From NCBI GenBank assembly GCA_032718475.1, contig JAUCBJ010008395.1:15282-79281 (forward strand): DNA of 64,000 nt. Reading direction: 5' to 3'. A program made the position numbers and the translations under genes. Below are positions 59,934 to 64,000 of this stretch, one piece after another. A model generated the notes under the pieces. It did no database searches. It had not been told where the DNA came from and saw only the letters and a list, made by a program, of their open reading frames with translations. Positions within the stretch are counted from its first letter, which is position 1; the number at the start of each line of letters is the position of its first letter. This stretch comes from Nemertoderma westbladi. Taxonomy: Eukaryota; Animalia; Xenacoelomorpha.

Positions 59934-62900
59934 ATGATTCTCGCTATCCTTTTGATTGCCCTGACAACCACTCTAGGTGGTTGCCAGGAGCTATGCTCCT
60001 GCGACCCTCTCATTGTGTTGTACTCCGATGACGGCCTGACGGGAGACAAAGCGGAGGTCCATGGGGAAACGTCCTTGGCCGGGATAAGAGATTTGCATAT
60101 GAACGACAGAGTCTCGTCCGTAAAAGTCGTTTGCGGAACGTAAGTAACTAGTTTTTATTATCAAATCGGCGTGAAAACCACTGTGGAATAAAGTTAACTC
60201 AATATGGGCTTTGGGGTTCTATATATCTCGACGTGAAATAAAGTAACAGTATTCTTTCAGTATGATTGTTCACCCGACCGCATTCTACGGTCACACTGCG
60301 GTAGGCCTAACAGTAAGTCATTCATTACAGATGCAGACAGCCCAAGATACTCAGGTTGTTACCGGTACCGTACCACGTACATAAATTGATTTTTAATTAA
60401 TAAAACTTAGAAAATTGATTCGATATAAATAAAGTACATGTATTTCACTTTCAGGTTCCCGTTTCATATTTCACTCACTCGCTAACGCTCGTTCGTTGAA
60501 ATATTCCCTCTCTAGTCGGCTTGAAATACAGTGCTACTTCATTTAAATGTGTGAATACTGTACGTTGCTAGTGTGCTATGCCTCAAACTAGCTTAGCTTG
60601 GCCAACATACATGCATTATGAGACTTGAATCTCTGTAAATTTCTAGTGGTCCCAGAAGACTTCAACTTGACTTTAGCTTATAATAAAAATATATTAAATA
60701 AATTATATAAAAATTATTTAGATTTTCTGGAATATTCTTCAAAATACGTCGTTCCTTACCGTTATTTATAGTATTTAATTAATATAAGTTTTTCATTTAT
60801 TTTAGTTTTTCTTATCGGTGGCCTAATTTTAATTAATTATTCCATTATGAAAGAATCTTTTAGGCTCGTTAAGCTAAGCCAAGGAATGCCTGTTCACCAC
60901 CATGGGTGATCCATCAGTAAACCCATCCACTCTATTTCCTAAAGGAATCCCTGTTCACTACCATGGGTGATCTTCCACAGTAAACCCTTCCACTCTGTTT
61001 CCAAAAGGAAAGTCTGTGCACTACCATGTGTCATCTTCCACAGTAAACCCTTCCACTCTGTTTCCAAAAGGAAAGTCTGTGCACTACCATGTGTCATCTT
61101 CCACAGTAAACCCTTCCACTCTGTTTCCTAAAGGAACGCCTGTTCACCACCATGGGTCATCTTCCACAGGAAACCCTTCCACTCTGTTTCCAAAAGGAAA
61201 GTCTGTGCACTACCATGTGTCATCTTCCACAGTAAACCCTTCCACTCTGTTTCCTAAAGGAATGCCTGTTTACCACCATGGGTGATCTTCCATAGTAAAC
61301 CCTTCCACCCTGTTACCTAGGAATGCCTGTTCACCACCATGGGAGATCTTCCACACTAAACACATCCACTCTGTTTCCTAAAGGAATGCCTGTTCACCAC
61401 CATGAGTGATCTTCCATAATAAATCATTCCACTCTGTTTCCTAATGGAATGCCTGTTCACCAACATGGGTGATCTTCCACAATAAACCCTTCCACTCTGT
61501 TTCCCAAGTTGCCTTAGTTCCCATTTATCGACCAGTTAAGGATGAAAGCCAGGGATGGGCTAGGCTGCAGCATTTAAAGCACTGTGCCCAAATAGCGCTG
61601 CCCCACCTAGGGATCGAACCAGGGGCTTCCTGATTGGAAGCCCAGGAGTGTCACCACTAGACCAAGTTGCTGCTTTTGAGTATTCCATTATGTATGGATA
61701 ATAAACACGCATTATTATAATAAATATGATATCATTAATAATTTATGTTCCACAGTTGGATTCTTTACGAACATGATTTTGACGGAAGAATTAACATAGT
61801 GGAACCCGGAACGTACAACAAGAAGGATATCGCCGCAGTAAATGATAGGTTGTCTTCTCTACGAGTTCTTCCCGCCGAGGGAATCGCTTTGTTTGAGCAT
61901 CCCCGTTACAAAGGTTGGTGTTTATTACGGAGTCGTAGAGTAGATTGTGCCGAATTGCGCCCTGTATTACCAAAATTGAGCCTTGAAACAATAAATTACC
62001 TCCTATATTACCCCAAAAAAGTTTCTGCGGCTGCTAGGCCAGGGATTAGGCACAAAGTCTGACGACTTATTTCCAATGCGATCCCCCCAGAACTATACTC
62101 CCCAGAGGGAACTCCAGTACTCATTTAGCTACCATTTAAGGATGCAAGGCAGAGATGCGCCTTGGTTAGCCCCTTTAAAGTATTTGTATCGAAATGAAAA
62201 CCTCCCTGGCCCCCCATGCGGGGATTGATCCCGCGACTTACCAGAGATGTGAATTCAATTCAACCACTACTGTACACCAAGGCCGGACCTCATCGTCATT
62301 TGTATTAGCATATCGATCGATGAATCGCTTAGTACCCAGTTGCATATTTTATACCTCTTGTTCCGCAGGTCGAGTTTTCATCAAGGAAATTGACGGAGCC
62401 CGGAGTGTAGGAGATATGAACGACAGAACTTCATCCATGATTATCACAGGATCGTATCCCTGGGAAGTATTCAGGTAAAGATACAGTTACTACCGGATAT
62501 ATTAGGATGGTAGCACGAACTTAGTTCCAATCGCGCATATTTTATAACGAGAACTTAGTTCCAATCGAAGTGAACTTAGTTCTAATCCCAGAATAACTAA
62601 AAGAATTTAGTACCAATGCATGCGAATTTAGTTCCAATGCATGCGGATTTAGTTCCAATGCATGCGAATTTAGTTCCAATGTTTAGATCGTGGGGCGATC
62701 CACGTAGTAGGCGAAGCCTTTGCGTAATGGCACTATTTGGGGGTGGGTCAGTGTCAATAATAATTGTGAATAGTTGTAAAACCATTCTGTCAATTTATTA
62801 TAAAAACGAATGGAACCAGAGCACAAAATAGGTTAGAAACTGGATAATCGGAATCGTGTTTGTTTGTAACTAGTAAGTAGTGTTGGAATTTGTTGGTGAA

Positions 62901-63110
62901 GAATGATAGAGATATTCGACTCGCCTTGCACCGAACTTCAAAATCAACCACTGCCGAAATTTGAATTGGAACTAAGTAACATAGTAACATTTTTGTGGGT
63001 CTATAACATAATTGCTAGATGGCATAGAATGAAATGGCTGAAATCGCATTTTTGAAAGGTCACACAAAATCATTTTGCAACACCTGAGGCTCTCAATCAA
63101 ATCTCTATAA

Positions 63111-63145
<35 letters not shown>

Positions 63146-63520
63146 GGGGGTGCTTAATTTAAAAAATATATTACTCACTAGCTTCACTAGATTCGCCATT
63201 CCAGCCCTAACTGTAACCCTCCCACTGTCCCGTTTCCGATTCCGGCCGAATCAAAAATTTCAATTCCGGTAACAACCCCAACAGGTATAATTATCATTAT
63301 TCTACACGACTTGGTACAGTACTATTTATGTGGTTCCTCTACACCCCGATTATTGTAATACAGAGACGGGGACTACTCAGGTGAATCAGCTGTTATGCAA
63401 CCAGGTTTTTATCAGGATCACGTGAACCTTGAACCGGTTGGTTGGGATGTGATATCTTCCATCAAACCCAACTGCAATGAAGTCGAAACTGGGGAAGGTT
63501 GGTCCTTATTGGTTCTTTGA
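59934..63520 (+). CDS. Secreted beta-gamma-crystallin-domain protein (four Greek keys); exons 59934-60139, 61756-61913, 62369-62474, 63364-63520 (may splice onward at ~63497)
   Basis: Signal peptide MILAILLIALTTTLGG. Motifs LYSDDGLTG / NDRVSS, WILYEHDFDG / NDRLSS, LFEHPRYKG / NDRTSS, WEVFRDGDYSG / DVISS. Intron phases 2, 1, 2 are consistent. Confidence 0.87.
60880..61505. repeat. ~61-bp minisatellite, ~10 copies
   Basis: Unit TCTTCCACAGTAAACCCTTCCACTCTGTTTCCTAAAGGAATGCCTGTTCACCACCATGGGTGA. Confidence 0.9.
61506..61673 (-). mobile_element. tRNA-headed SINE (family 3)
   Basis: TGGTCTAGTGG A box and GGTTCGATCCC B box; poor acceptor stem. Confidence 0.6.
62015..62283 (-). mobile_element. tRNA-derived SINE family 2
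   Basis: Homologous to 48957-49210. Confidence 0.78.
62515..62680. repeat. Short ~21-bp repeat (GAATTTAGTTCCAATGCATGC)
   Basis: Direct inspection. Confidence 0.7.
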
Positions 63521-64000
63521 AAACATCTGCAATATACAATGTACATGTAAGAGTATTTGTTTATTATAAAAGAGTCCAATGTTAATTAATTAATTGTATT
63601 AATAATAATAATAATAATAATAAATATTAATATTATTATTTGCATAAAACATTAGCGACCAATCTAGTGTCCAAAAGTTCATTATAATGAAAGCATATTT
63701 TATATATAAAAAAAAACAAAATATAATTTGAACTGTAGTATTTAGGCCTAAATGATTTAAGATATAATATTGTTTTAAGCAACAGAATTTACAGTTTGAT
63801 CTAGTGGTGATATTCCCCCTCAAAACTTGTTTCACATGATCAAAAATAACACAAACAGCCCACCTCACAAACGAAGATAAATTCCAGTCATTGTACATTT
63901 AATTTAATTCCCAATCTCACACAGCACCACTCCTACCCTCTTAGGGAACTGAAATGAAAGATGCAACCCCAACCCTAGTAGTTAGTAGTGGAACGGTTAT

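Overview
Repeat-rich animal (probably invertebrate) genomic DNA with spliced genes. The left 28 kb is a nested retroelement cluster. It holds a disabled minus-strand BEL/Pao element (A), the 3' end of an opposite-strand copy of the same family (A') carrying an extra triple zinc-knuckle ORF, and a young intact BEL/Pao element (B, 958-bp LTRs, TSD GTATA). B and the 3' LTR of A' interrupt an RTE-like LINE. A third BEL/Pao element (C, 498-bp LTRs, TSD AAGCC) sits in a CRE-like non-LTR relic. Host genes reconstructed with exon phases are a secreted PAN/apple + LamG-like protein, an Mlx-like bHLH-ZIP factor and a secreted beta-gamma-crystallin-domain protein; there is also a Rac processed pseudogene. 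SINEs, MITEs, a Tc1/mariner relic and several minisatellites are present. Main finding: elements A and B have unrelated LTR sequences and no tRNA primer-binding site. In each, the 11-12 nt directly after the 5' LTR are perfectly complementary to a site inside its own LTR. This is the signature of Tf1-type self-primed reverse transcription, which I do not know to be described for BEL/Pao elements.
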